From Chiloscyllium plagiosum (Eukaryota), in the NCBI RefSeq assembly GCF_004010195.1, contig NC_057719.1, forward strand, positions 62,932,085 through 62,952,541: a DNA stretch of 20,457 bases, in the 5' to 3' direction. Below, one piece after another: positions 10,470 to 20,246 of this stretch. The notes under the pieces were generated by a model. The model was not told the DNA's origin. It did not search any database and saw only the letters and a program-made list of their open reading frames with translations. Position 1 is the stretch's first letter. Each line of letters starts with the position of its first letter. The position numbers and the translations under genes were made by a program.

Positions 10470-12255
10470 CACCACTCTTCCATATGGAACACTATTTGGA
10501 AGAAGTACTGAGGATGTAGAATGTACACTGGTTGGGAGACATCAATATCTGTCAACAAGTATGATTCGACAGTACTACAACTGACCAAGCAGATTCAATG
10601 ATAAAGGACACTGCTGCACTGGGTCACCAGCAGATTTTGAGAGAACCAACAAGGGAGAAATACATACTTTATTGCATCCTTACCAACTGCCTGCCACCAA
10701 TGCATCTGCCCATGACAGTATCATTAAGAATGTCTGTGCATAGTCTTGAGGAGATGAAGTCCTGTTTTCATTCTGAAGATGCCTTCTGTTGTATTGTGTG
10801 GTACTACATCTATGTTTTGTGGTATAGACTCTGAACAGATCTAGCAATTCAAAATCAATGTGATGCAGAGGACCATTAACAGTAACAGAACTGTCTGCTA
10901 CCTCATAGCCCAGCACATCCCTAACTCTGCCCTTAGCATCCAGCCAGACGATCTTCCCTGCTTCAGTACAGAGTGCAGGAGGGCATGTCAGGAGCAGCAT
11001 CGGACACAGCCAGAAACAAGGTATCAATCTGAAACTAGAAAACAGGGCTATCTGTGTTCCCATCAGCATAAGCAGCAAGTGATCGGCAGAGCGAAGCAAT
11101 TCCACAATCAACAGATTAGATCTAAACTCTGTAGTCCTGCCACATTCAGTCATGAATGATGATGGACAATTAAACAACTCACTGGAGGAGGAGTGTTCCC
11201 ATCCTCAATGATAAGTGAGCTCAGCAGATCAGTACAAAAGATAAGGGTGAAACATTTGCAACAGTTTTCAGTAAAAAAAAAAGTGCTGAGTGGATGCACC
11301 ATCACAGCCTCTTCTCGAGGTCACCAGAATTACAGATGCCAGTTCTCAGGTAATTCAGTTCACTCCACGTGATATGAAGAAATGGCTGAAGTCTCTGAAT
11401 ACACAAAGACTATGGTTCCTGACAAAATAGTACTGAAGACGCGAACTCCAAAACTTGCCACATGCCCTAGACAAACTGTTCCAGTATAGCTACAACACTG
11501 ACATCTATCCAACAATGTGAAAAATTGCCTAGATCTGCCCTGTACACAAAAAGCAGGTCAAATCCCAACTAGCCAATTGCCTCCCTATCAGTCTGCTCTC
11601 CTCGCAAGGTGATTGAAAGGGTGATCGACAGTGCTATTAAGCAGTACTTGCTTTGGAATTAAAAGCAAAATACTGTTTATCTGAAATAAACTCCAAGTAC
11701 AAGAGAAACTTACAGGTCTGACAGGATCTGTGGAGAGAGAAACAGAGTTAACATTTTCAGACCAGCATGATTGTTCTTTGAACTTGTCAGTTCCAAAGTA
11801 GAGTCATATTGGACTCAAAAAAAATTCTCTGTTTTTCGATCTATGCACTGATGCACAGTTTTGGTTCTGCCAGGACAACTCACTTCCTGACTTAACATGA
11901 ATGAAAGAGCTAAATTCAGAGGTGAGGTGAGAGTGACAGCCCTTGAGCACACTCATGGCTGTATTTGACTGAGTGTGGCATCAAGGAACCCTCATCAAAT
12001 TGGAATCAATGGGTATCAGTGAAAACGTTCTCTGCTGGTTGGAGTCCTACCTGGCACATAGGAAGATAGTTGTCATTGTTGAACGTCAAACATCTCACTC
12101 CAGGATATCTCTGCAGGAGTTTGGCGGGGTAATGTGTTAGGTCCAATCATCTTCAGTTGCTTCATTAAGGACCTTTCCTCCATCATAAGGTCAGAAGTGG
12201 AAATTTGCACTGATGATTTCACGATGTTCAGCACCATTCGTGATTCCCAGATACT
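10470..12255 (+). mobile_element. Decayed L2/CR1-group LINE ORF2 (APE endonuclease end to RT core)
   Basis: NVHWLGDIN (GDFN-like, ~10520), EPTREKYIL..ILTN (~10643), VRVTAL...VFD.VWHQG (~11928-11987), AGV..G.VLGPIIFSCFIKDL (~12113-12175) and ICTDD (FADD-like, ~12203). Interrupted at ~11657-11847. The exact clade is not resolved. Confidence 0.82.
11657..11847. mobile_element. Old fold-back PLE-derived insert nested in the LINE
   Basis: Interrupts the LINE between KQYLL and TDAQF. Imperfect inverted arms (GAAACAGAG / CTCTGTTTTTC) and a hammerhead stem II remnant GAGTC-atattg-GACTC-AAAA at 11801-11820. Confidence 0.6.
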
Positions 12256-12499
12256 AGATCTGAAGCTAGTACTTAGGCCCCAAATAATGAAGATTGGTTG
12301 CACAAGAGCCTTATCCTGAACTGTTAGCAGGAGCCACTGTCTTCATATCCTGCCATTTGATGGGTGGAGTTTGTTGGAATAAACTTTAAAGACTTCCCTA
12401 TTTGCCATTCCTTGATCCAAAGGATGTCTGCTGTTAGGTCTTGCTCAGGAAGGTGTCAGCAAATGGGGTGCCGATATGGGGCTTTGAAGAGCTGGATAA

Positions 12500-12762
12500 C
12501 AGAGCTTTTGAGGAGCCATTTCTTCTCTCAATGTCGTTAGTCTGTGGAATTGTCTTTTGCTTAGACCAGTGAAGATCCAATCATTGAAGATATTTAAGGT
12601 GGATTCAGATAGATTTTTGATTGACAAGGCAGTAAAGAATGAAGAGCAGTAGATAGTGAGGTGCCTTAAAGGCCAAATCACATCAACTATAGGTTTGTTG
12701 AGTGATGGAGCAAGCCTGAGGGAGATAAATGGACTACTCTCAATCCTAAATCTTGTATTCAA
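12500..12762 (+). mobile_element. Old CR1 LINE 3' end
   Basis: FFSQ..VSLWNCL...SLKIFKVDSDRFL followed by a CR1-type 3' UTR (GATGGAGCAAGCCTGAGGG...AAATGGACTACTC). Confidence 0.78.
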
Positions 12763-13524
12763 ATCAAATCTATTAATTGAAGCCTTTTTAAAGAGTAAGT
12801 TTTGAGTTGATATCATTTTCCAGCTCTCTCACACCTCTTTGTGATGCTGAACAGTGCCTTTTCCTGTCACCCATTAATTCTGTTTCCTGATTGCCCTGAT
12901 ATGTGGGCACTTTATGGTTGTGTGGATGCCCATGTGTTTGCCAAGGAACTTGAAGTGTAACTTTGTTTTGAGGATGCAGTGCATTCTAGATGTCTTTTTC
13001 CAATTACGCTCCATGCTGCGATATCTGCAATATGAAGAGGCAGTTTAATTAACCCCTTCGTGCAAACAACCCGGTGTGTACTTGAACTCATGGTCACGTT
13101 AATCGAAAGTGAGAGTGCTACTATTTAAAACGGTCATCTCACAACGTAAAGGAATAAGCAGAAAAGCAGAGTTCGTGGGAATGAAGCAATCTGTTACATG
13201 GTGACTCATGTCGCTTTCTAAAATCTGACCAGGTTTAATGTTACTTTCAGAGAAAACTTAGAACAGATACCATGCACACACCCTCTGCAATGGTGTAATG
13301 CAACATATGGTGGACTTCACCTTGTTTAATTGATCTAGAAGAAATCTTGGCATAAGTTGTAACTAATGTTTTGGAAGTACTTTAGATTTAACAACAGTGA
13401 TCAAGCAATGCTGTGGAATTTACTTTCTTGGTAAACTCTCTTCCAATTAGCCTTTGTCTGATGCAGTCTACAGGTAACAACCTTCTCCAGAACCTTGTCA
13501 GCACTAAATCGAAATGTTCCAATG

Positions 13525-13753
13525 AATATCAGCAGAAATTGTTGGAAATGTTCAGCAGGTCAGGCGGCATCTATGGATAGTGAGACAAAAAGAATGTTTC
13601 AGACCTGTGATCTTTTTATTCTGATGAAAGTTCACAGCTCTGAAGTGTTATCTCCATCTCTTTCCCTTTATGGGTGCTTCCAGACTTGCTGAGTATTTTC
13701 AGCAATTTTTGTTTCTACTTTAGATGTCCAGCATCTGTAGTGCTTTGCCTTTG
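13525..13753. mobile_element. Old fold-back PLE-derived element
   Basis: Imperfect arms CAGAAATTGTTGGAAATGTTCAGCAGGTC / GACTTGCTGAGTATTTTCAGCAATTTTTG, a central CTGATGA...GAAG (13621) degenerate hammerhead, and a one-sided tail TCCAGCATCTGTAGTGCTTTG. Confidence 0.7.
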
Positions 13754-13996
13754 TATGCCCCGTGCAATGCTTGATTATCTTATTTGATAGCGGTCCATAA
13801 TATCTCCATAAGCCAATAGCTGTGTAACAAAAAACTCCAACTTAAGTGTCCATTTGGTAGTGAAACAGACAAAAGTGAATTTCCAAAGCATGATGGTTCA
13901 CTTTTAAAGATGATGTGGATGAGCCGGTGTTGAACTGGGGTGGACAAAGTTAAAAATCACAAAACACCAGGTTATAGTCCAATGGGTTTATTTGGA

Positions 13997-14034
13997 AGCA
14001 TGAGCTTTCAGAGTGCTGCTCCTTCATCAGGTAG
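13997..14034 (-). ncRNA. Minimal hammerhead ribozyme motif (left arm)
   Basis: Minus strand: CUGAUGA-A-GGAG-cagca-CUCU-GAAA-GC-UC. The core is intact; stem I is weak. Confidence 0.65.
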
Positions 14035-14629
14035 CTGTGGAGCAGGATCATAAGACACAGAATCTATAGCAAAAGATTACAGTGTCATGCAACTGAAATG
14101 ATGTATTGAACAAATTAGATTGCTGTTAAGTCTTTCATCTTTTAGAATGTGTTGCAGGTTTCGATTCGTTAGTATGTAAATCCCAGAGCTTCCTTTAAGT
14201 CACATTCTCGAGATAACTTAAGGTTTTATAAAAATAAGTGATATCTCAGCTCAGCAGTAAAGGTGTGAGGTTAGAGCCTGTCTGTCAGTCAGACTGGTTC
14301 TATTTCCAAAGTAGGTACTTATATAATATTACATGGATTCACTGCCTGCAGATTGTGCACAAGATTGGGATCCAGACAGACTCTAACCTCACACCTTTGA
14401 TGCATTGTCTGAGCTGAGATATCACCTTTTTTATAAAACCTTAAATTATCTCAAGAATGTAACTTAAAAGAACTTCTGGAATTTACATATTAATGAATCT
14501 AAATCTCCAACACATTCTAAAAGATGAAAGACTTTACAGCGATCTAGGTTTGTTCAATATATCAGTTCAGTTACGTGATACTGCAATATTTTGCAATAAA
14601 TTATGTGTCATATGGTCCTGCTCCACAGC

Positions 14630-14665
14630 CACCTGATGATGGAGCAGCACTTTGAAAGCTCATGC
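14630..14665 (+). ncRNA. Minimal hammerhead ribozyme motif (right arm)
   Basis: CAC-CUGAUGA-U-GGAG-cagca-CUUU-GAAA-GC-UC-AUG. Confidence 0.62.
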
Positions 14666-15592
14666 TTCCAAATAAACCTGTTGGACTATAACTTGGTGTT
14701 GTGTGATTTTTAACTTTGTCCGCTTTTAAAGAATTTGCATTGAAGCAGCAGTCATTTCAAGGAATATAGAAGGCTTAGAGCATCAGGAAAAATAACAAAC
14801 AAGAAACAGAGGTATGAATTCAGAACTGCCAGGGTCTCTAACAGACTCACAGGGCTTTATGAATAAAACTTTGAGCAAAATAATGATTGCAAGAACATCT
14901 TAACACAGGAAGATGCCTGGAGGGTTGAGTTGAAAAATGAAAAGCAAGCTTCCACCAAGAATTTGTGATGCTGGATAGCCTTCAAGCAAGTTGTCTATGG
15001 CAAGATGAATGATTGTGGTGTATTCCACAAGGGTTAGCATTCTCCTTCTGTGTACTGTTGCTTGAAGATAACTTTACATGTTACGCCATTACAGGATTTT
15101 CTATTTAAAAGCCTTTCTTGTATTTTTTTAGCCCTGTCTCATTGAATGCTTTTGTTCATGGCAGTTGTAATAACATTGTGTCACAGGGCTGGGATTTTCC
15201 TATCCTGACACCAGGCCAAAGTGACACAGGGCTTTAAAAATGGCTTACGGGACTCAATCCAGAATTCCTGTCCTTTTTCCCTACAGTTTTCATCTTGAGG
15301 GGTGCGTCGTAAAAAGCATACAACTGGCCTGATGTTGCAGTCCTCTTGCAGAGTGTACATTTCCGAACCTCCACAATTTTGTCAGAGGGGATCAAGTCTT
15401 GGTCGGCTTTATGAATCACCCAAGTTCAGAGATGCTATGAACCATATGAAAGCTCAGAACAAAAGGAGCTGCCTATTTCACATATCATAATGAAATGTTA
15501 TAATGTAAGCTCGATCTGTTGACAGTCCTTTGTTTAAGGATTAATGGTGCTGGAAGAGCACAGCAGTTCAGGCAGCATCCGAGGAGCAGTAA

Positions 15593-15628
15593 AATCGACG
15601 TTTCGGGCAAAAGCCCTTCATCAGGAAT
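15593..15628 (-). ncRNA. Minimal hammerhead ribozyme motif, intact core
   Basis: Minus strand: AUUC-CUGAUGA-A-GGGC-uuuu-GCCC-GAAA-CG-UC-GAUU. Confidence 0.82.
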
Positions 15629-15714
15629 AAAGGCAGAGAGCCTGAAGCATGGAGAGATAAGGGAGAGGAGGGGGGGGGTGGGGAGAAAGTAGCATAGAGT
15701 ACAATAGGTGAGTG

Positions 15715-15919
15715 NNNNNNNNNNNNNNNNNNNNNNNNNNNNNNNNNNNNNNNNNNNNNNNNNNNNNNNNNNNNNNNNNNNNNNNNNNNNNNNNNNNNNN
15801 NNNNNNNNNNNNNNNNNNNNNNNNNNNNNNNNNNNNNNNNNNNNNNNNNNNNNNNNNNNNNNNNNNNNNNNNNNNNNNNNNNNNNNNNNNNNNNNNNNNN
15901 NNNNNNNNNNNNNNNNNNN
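15715..15919. other. Assembly gap (205 N)
   Basis: Run of N inside the PLE, covering the expected remainder of the GIY-YIG domain. Confidence 1.
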
Positions 15920-16546
15920 GAGACCGCATCGTGAGCAACGGATACAATAAATGATATTGGTGGATGTGCAGGTAAAACTTTGATGGATGTGGAAAGCTCC
16001 TTTGGGGCCTTGGATGGAGGTGAGGGAGGAGGTGTGGGCACAGGTTTTACAGTTCCTGCGGTGGCAGGGGAAGGTGCCAGGATGGGAGGGTGGGTTGTAG
16101 GGGGTCGTGGACCTGACCAGGTTGTCACGAAGTGAACGGTCTTTGCGGAAGGCGGAAAGGTGTGGGGAGGGAAATATATCCCTGGTGGTGGTGTCTGTTT
16201 GGAGGTGGCGGAAATGTCGGCGGATGGTTTGGTTTATGCGAAGGTTGGTAGGGTGGAAGGTGTGCACCAGGGGCGTTCTGTCCTTGTTGCGGTTGGAGGG
16301 GTTGGGTCTGAGGGCGGAGGTGCGGGATGTGGACGAGATGCATTGGAGGGCATCTTTTACCATGTGGGAAGGGAAATTGCGGTCTCTAAAGAAGGAGGCC
16401 ATCTGGTGTTTTCTGTGGTGGAACTGGTCCTCCTGGGAGCAGATACGGCGGAGGCGGAGGAATTGGGAATATGGGATGGCATTTTTGCAAGAGGTAGGGT
16501 GGGAAGAAGTGTAATCCAGGTAACTGTGGGAGTCGGTGGTTTTTAC
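15920..16546 (-). pseudogene. PLE ORF fragment: RT thumb, Cys-rich linker, start of GIY-YIG
   Basis: The frame is open from 16546: TDSHSYLDYTSSHPTSCKNAIPYSQFLRLRRICS...PLVHTFHP...CHRRNCKTC...FTCTSTNIIYCIRCSRCGL, then runs into the N gap. The RT core is missing, so it cannot be autonomous. Confidence 0.9.
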
Positions 16547-17194
16547 CTAGTCCTTTGTTTAAGGTAAGTGACAATTAAATGAAATGATTGCCAGTTCATT
16601 TGTTCTAACCATTGGGAAACCATTGAGCATATTCACAGCAGTGTGAAAGTAGAAAAGTCTTAAGATGCTTTCCAGTGCATATCCCTTGGATGAAGTGCTA
16701 TTCTGCATTGTAAAGTTTTGAAATCCAGTCCAGATTCTTTGGAATTTCCCGACTGTTTTCATATTTCCATTGAAGTTCAATTCTCACATCTGTTCAGCTA
16801 TTTCAAAGATTTTTCACTTTGTTTTTGAAGTTCTGTTCAGCTGCTTGCTAGGCTGTTTCAAAGCTCATTGTTCTTCTAGCTATCATCAAAGAATCTAATT
16901 GATTCTGCTCTGGAAGGTTTGTTGTCACAATTATTCAATAGGATGGTAATATTTATGTTTGGCAACTTCTCGCTAGTGAATTTAGTTCAGTAGGGTGTGT
17001 TGAAACATCAGTCAAGGTGAATGTGAACTTGTTTATGTTGGTAGTTTTATGAGTTTGTAGGAGAACAGTTGTTTGAAAATGTCTCATTTATTTATTTAAT
17101 AGAGTTGTGAGCTTTCAAAGACTCCCAAATTTTATTATGGGATGGTTGTACTCTGATTATAGTGGATGCTGGCTGGGTTGGTTGGGGAAGGTAA

Positions 17195-17657
17195 AGGGAC
17201 AGGTAGTGTTGAGGAAGCAAGTAGGGCTGCAGAAGGACTTGGACATGTTTGGCAAGTCAACAAAGATGTGGCAGATACCCGATGGTGTTTAGAAGAATGA
17301 TCAGGGCTCTGATTGAAACTCACAGGATCCTGAGAGGCCTGGATAGAGTGGACCAGCAGAAGATGTTTCCACTAGTAGGAGAGGCTATGACCAGGGGACA
17401 CAGCCTCAGAGGGAAGGGATGACCATTTAGAACTGGAATAAAGAGGTATTTCTTCAGTCAGACAGTGATGACTCTGTGGAACTCATTCCCACAGAGGTCT
17501 GTGGAGGCCAGGCCATTGATATAGATATTTGATTAGTAAGGGGATCAAGTGTTACAGAGTGAAAGCTGGAGAATGGGATTGATAACAAAAGGTGGAGCAG
17601 ATATGATGGGCTGAATGGCCTAATTCTGCTCCTATATCTGTCTTTGTGGTCTTATGA
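17195..17657 (+). mobile_element. CR1 LINE 3' fragment with an internal deletion
   Basis: LQKDLD......MWQ joins almost directly to RRMIRALIETHRILRGLDRVD, followed by FFSQTVMTLWNSFPQ and the 3' UTR GGTGGAGCAGA...GGGCTGAATGGCCTAATTCTGCTCCTAT. Confidence 0.88.
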
Positions 17658-17892
17658 TATGGGTATATGGGATTTGAAAGGTATATGATAGAATGAGAGG
17701 GTCTGGAGTTGAGGGAGCATGAAGAAGGTATGGAATGGAGAGGGGACTGATGAGGAAATGGGGAATAGGAGGTTTAGGGTTGGGGGAATGGGACTTATTC
17801 TGGTCTCCAGAACTGGGCCAATGTCTTTGAATGGAGGTGGACTTTTAAACCAGGCTACATTGGCATTGGGCCCATTTTCAATTCTCCCTTAT

Positions 17893-18021
17893 TCCAAACA
17901 AGAGTCATAATGGACTTGATTGTTAACTCTGTTTTCATCTTCTCAGATGCTGCCAGGCCTGCTGAGTTTCCCAAGCACTCTGTGTTTATTTCTGATTTCC
18001 AGCATCCACAGTACTTGACTT
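17893..18021 (+). mobile_element. Old PLE-derived single arm plus tail
   Basis: GAGTC-ataatg-GACTT stem remnant, then GTTAACTCTG..CAGATGCTGCCAGGCCTGCTGAGTTTC and the tail TTTCCAGCATCCACAGTA. Similar to 11657-11847 and 13525-13753. Confidence 0.65.
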
Positions 18022-18772
18022 GAAATTTTCTCCACCTTAGCCCGTCCCCTCCAGTTCCAAGCCATTTGCCAGATGAAATTGATATTGGTATTTGCCAATT
18101 ATATTGGTGGATACTGCCAAGTAAGAGACTGGATTGAAACATCAGGATAATTTCCCAAAGCCCGAATCCCCACCTCAATGACAGAACTCCAGTCCATAGG
18201 GTCAATATAGGACAGAATGAAACATTTGATGCATCCATATAATCTCATTCCTCTGCTCTAACACTGTAACCTTGCATTTTTGTTTCCCCTAATCCATTCG
18301 CCAAGTATAAAATACCTGAACACATGGGTAGCTTTAAACTATTCTGTTACACACTAGTAGCAGCTAGATTTAACCACATTTGTAATGACTAACTCCATTG
18401 AGCTGTATTGAACTCCATTTTAAAATTTCAATTTCACCATAGCAACATGAAGTAAAATGAGTATTTGATTATGGTTGCAGCTCTGTCAATTGTAAATACC
18501 ATACTCAAGTTGTGGAATTATGTATTTTACAAAAATACTATGGTATGGAATGTGCTCTCATTGCAATTACAGTGACAGATAGTAATCTTAGATTAATCCA
18601 TGTTGATCAAATTGTCTTCCTCACCAGTCCAAATAAACTAATTGTCACCTAGTTTGACATCAGAGTGCACAGGATTAGCCTGATGAGATCTGAAGCATTC
18701 ATTTGAGTTCTTGTCTTCTATTTTTTTAAAAAAAAGGTTAACAGTAAATTATAGAGGAAAACAGAATGATTC

Positions 18773-18969
18773 TGAAATAAGTGCTGTTATCGCATCACCA
18801 AGTTCCCTGTATATACATGTGCACAGTACACTGGCTGTAGCCAGCCAGCTCGGAGTCAGTCCCTGAAGTGAGGAGATTCTGAGATCCCGTTTACATAGGT
18901 CAGCCAGGGCTTCCTGACTGGCCCAGGTTAACAGTCCCAATCACGAATCTTCTGGTTCAGATCACTACA
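18773..18969 (-). mobile_element. Short solo LTR (~197 bp)
   Basis: The minus strand starts TGTAGTGAT and ends TTATTTCA (TG...CA). Flanks GATTC (18768-18772) and GATTT (18970-18974) give a 4/5 TSD match. Internal GATTGG CCAAT-box motif; resembles a recalled shark LTR family. Confidence 0.65.
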
Positions 18970-19979
18970 GATTTGTTCTAATTTCAGGCGAGTGACATGT
19001 GGGAGGCAGAGCAGACTGGGATAGGTGTGGAGTTGGTGGAGTGAAGTATCTGTGTGCGTGTGAGGGAGACCTGGATTTCAGTGCCATATTCCAATGTGTA
19101 AATGTTCTCCTGAATCACGCCAGCATACCGAGGTGCAGGATTTCATTCACTGAAAAAGGCACTAGAGGAAATGATCCTTAGCCTGAGGTAAACTGTTCAG
19201 ATGGGGAGATGGAAGTCGATCGTGACTGAAGGAAGAGAAATGAAGCCCTTCAGCACGAGGCTGTTGAAGGATTGCCGATGCAGTGGGGCAATCCTGTCTC
19301 TCTGAGACCAAGCAGAAACCTTTGCTTTCTTCAGTTCTATCATTTCATTTTAACTTTACCTCTGCACTTTTTTTGTACTCCTCTAAGCTTTATAAAGTAT
19401 GACTTCTTCTGAGATTATCATAAGTTTTACTGTTTTCTTTGCCTGACTTGATCCAATGCACTTCTGGATAAGCAGGGGCATCTAAATGTGGCAGCGCTAC
19501 CCTTGAGTTTTGTGGGGACGTGTCTCAACTGTGCCTGTGGAATCTCCCTTTTCTGCTGATTTACCACTGTTGCTCCTTCTTGTAGCTGTAACTATTTCAG
19601 GTTCACCGGGTCATTTACCAGCTTTCTAAAATGTGCCCGCCCCAGATAAGAACTTTTACTTCTGTTCTCTCTTTATTCATTTCCATAATGATGCTCCATC
19701 TGACTGTAATATGAGCTCTATCTCCAAAATGGACACTTACTGCTACCTCAACCATTTGCTCAACTTCACAGTTCCTAAGACTAAATCTCGAACTGCACCC
19801 TATGAATTGTTATGTGCTAGATGAAAACAATTAGCTCAAATGTGATTCAAGAATTTTGTGCTGTCTGGCTTTTTCACATTGTTTGCATCCTAGTAGATAT
19901 CTGGGTTGTTCAAGTTCCCAACAGTTATTATCCTATTGTACTTGCACTCAGAAATGTAACTAGATATTTGCTGCTTCAA

Positions 19980-20073
19980 ATCGACAAGTGTGGTGCTGGA
20001 ACAGCACAGCTAGTGAGGCAGCATCCGAGGAGCAGGAGAATCGACGTTTCACGCATCAGGAATTTCATCAGGA
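19980..20073 (-). mobile_element. Short PLE terminal fragment with a rearranged hammerhead
   Basis: TGGTGCTGGAACAGCACAGC..AGGCAGCATCCGAGGAGCAG..AATCGACGTTTC closely matches 15545-15604. Imperfect TSD ATTTGCTGCTTCAA (19966-19979) and ATTTTCTGCTTTAA (20074-20087). Confidence 0.8.
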
Positions 20074-20246
20074 ATTTTCTGCTTTAACCGTCTCTCATTA
20101 TTTGGGGGTCTATACTGTATGCCTGGCAGTGTGGGCTGTCCCTTTGTTTCTAAACTCAATCCATATCCTCATTTGATGATTCATTTCGTATTTCAGCCTT
20201 CCTCACATCTGTGATGGGTTCTTTAACCAGTAATGTTGCAATCTTC

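Larger units (their letters stand above)
13910..14722 (-). mobile_element. Large non-coding fold-back PLE-derived element with two hammerhead motifs
   Basis: Inverted arms 13942-14284 and 14373-14721 with an ~88 bp spacer. The tail at 13910-13941 matches 6200-6231 in reverse. TSD CTTTTAAAGA at 13901-13910 and 14723-14732. Confidence 0.9.
15540..16548 (-). mobile_element. Young 5'-truncated Penelope-like element (Neptune-like)
   Basis: Perfect 16-bp TSD AGTCCTTTGTTTAAGG at 15524-15539 and 16549-16564. The coding segment is uninterrupted, CpGs are retained, and a hammerhead lies in the 3' end. Confidence 0.93.

Noticed and set aside
7635..11177. Minus-strand ORFs of 161, 104, 112 and 165 aa
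   Set aside because: They lie wholly or partly antisense to RTE, CR1 or L2-type LINE relics and show no protein family features.
12900..12975. Minus-strand HFKFLG LINE-like motif
   Set aside because: Too short to support a LINE call without a search.
15186..15290. GGGCTGGGATTTTCC resembling a Harbinger MITE end
   Set aside because: No matching inverted end or TSD was found.
15485..15954. ORFs spanning the N run, including the C-terminal part of the 305-aa ORF
   Set aside because: They stay open only because N codons contain no stops. The part beyond the gap is PLE 3' non-coding sequence.
16107..16567. Two 135-aa plus-strand ORFs
   Set aside because: Antisense shadows of the GC-rich PLE coding strand.
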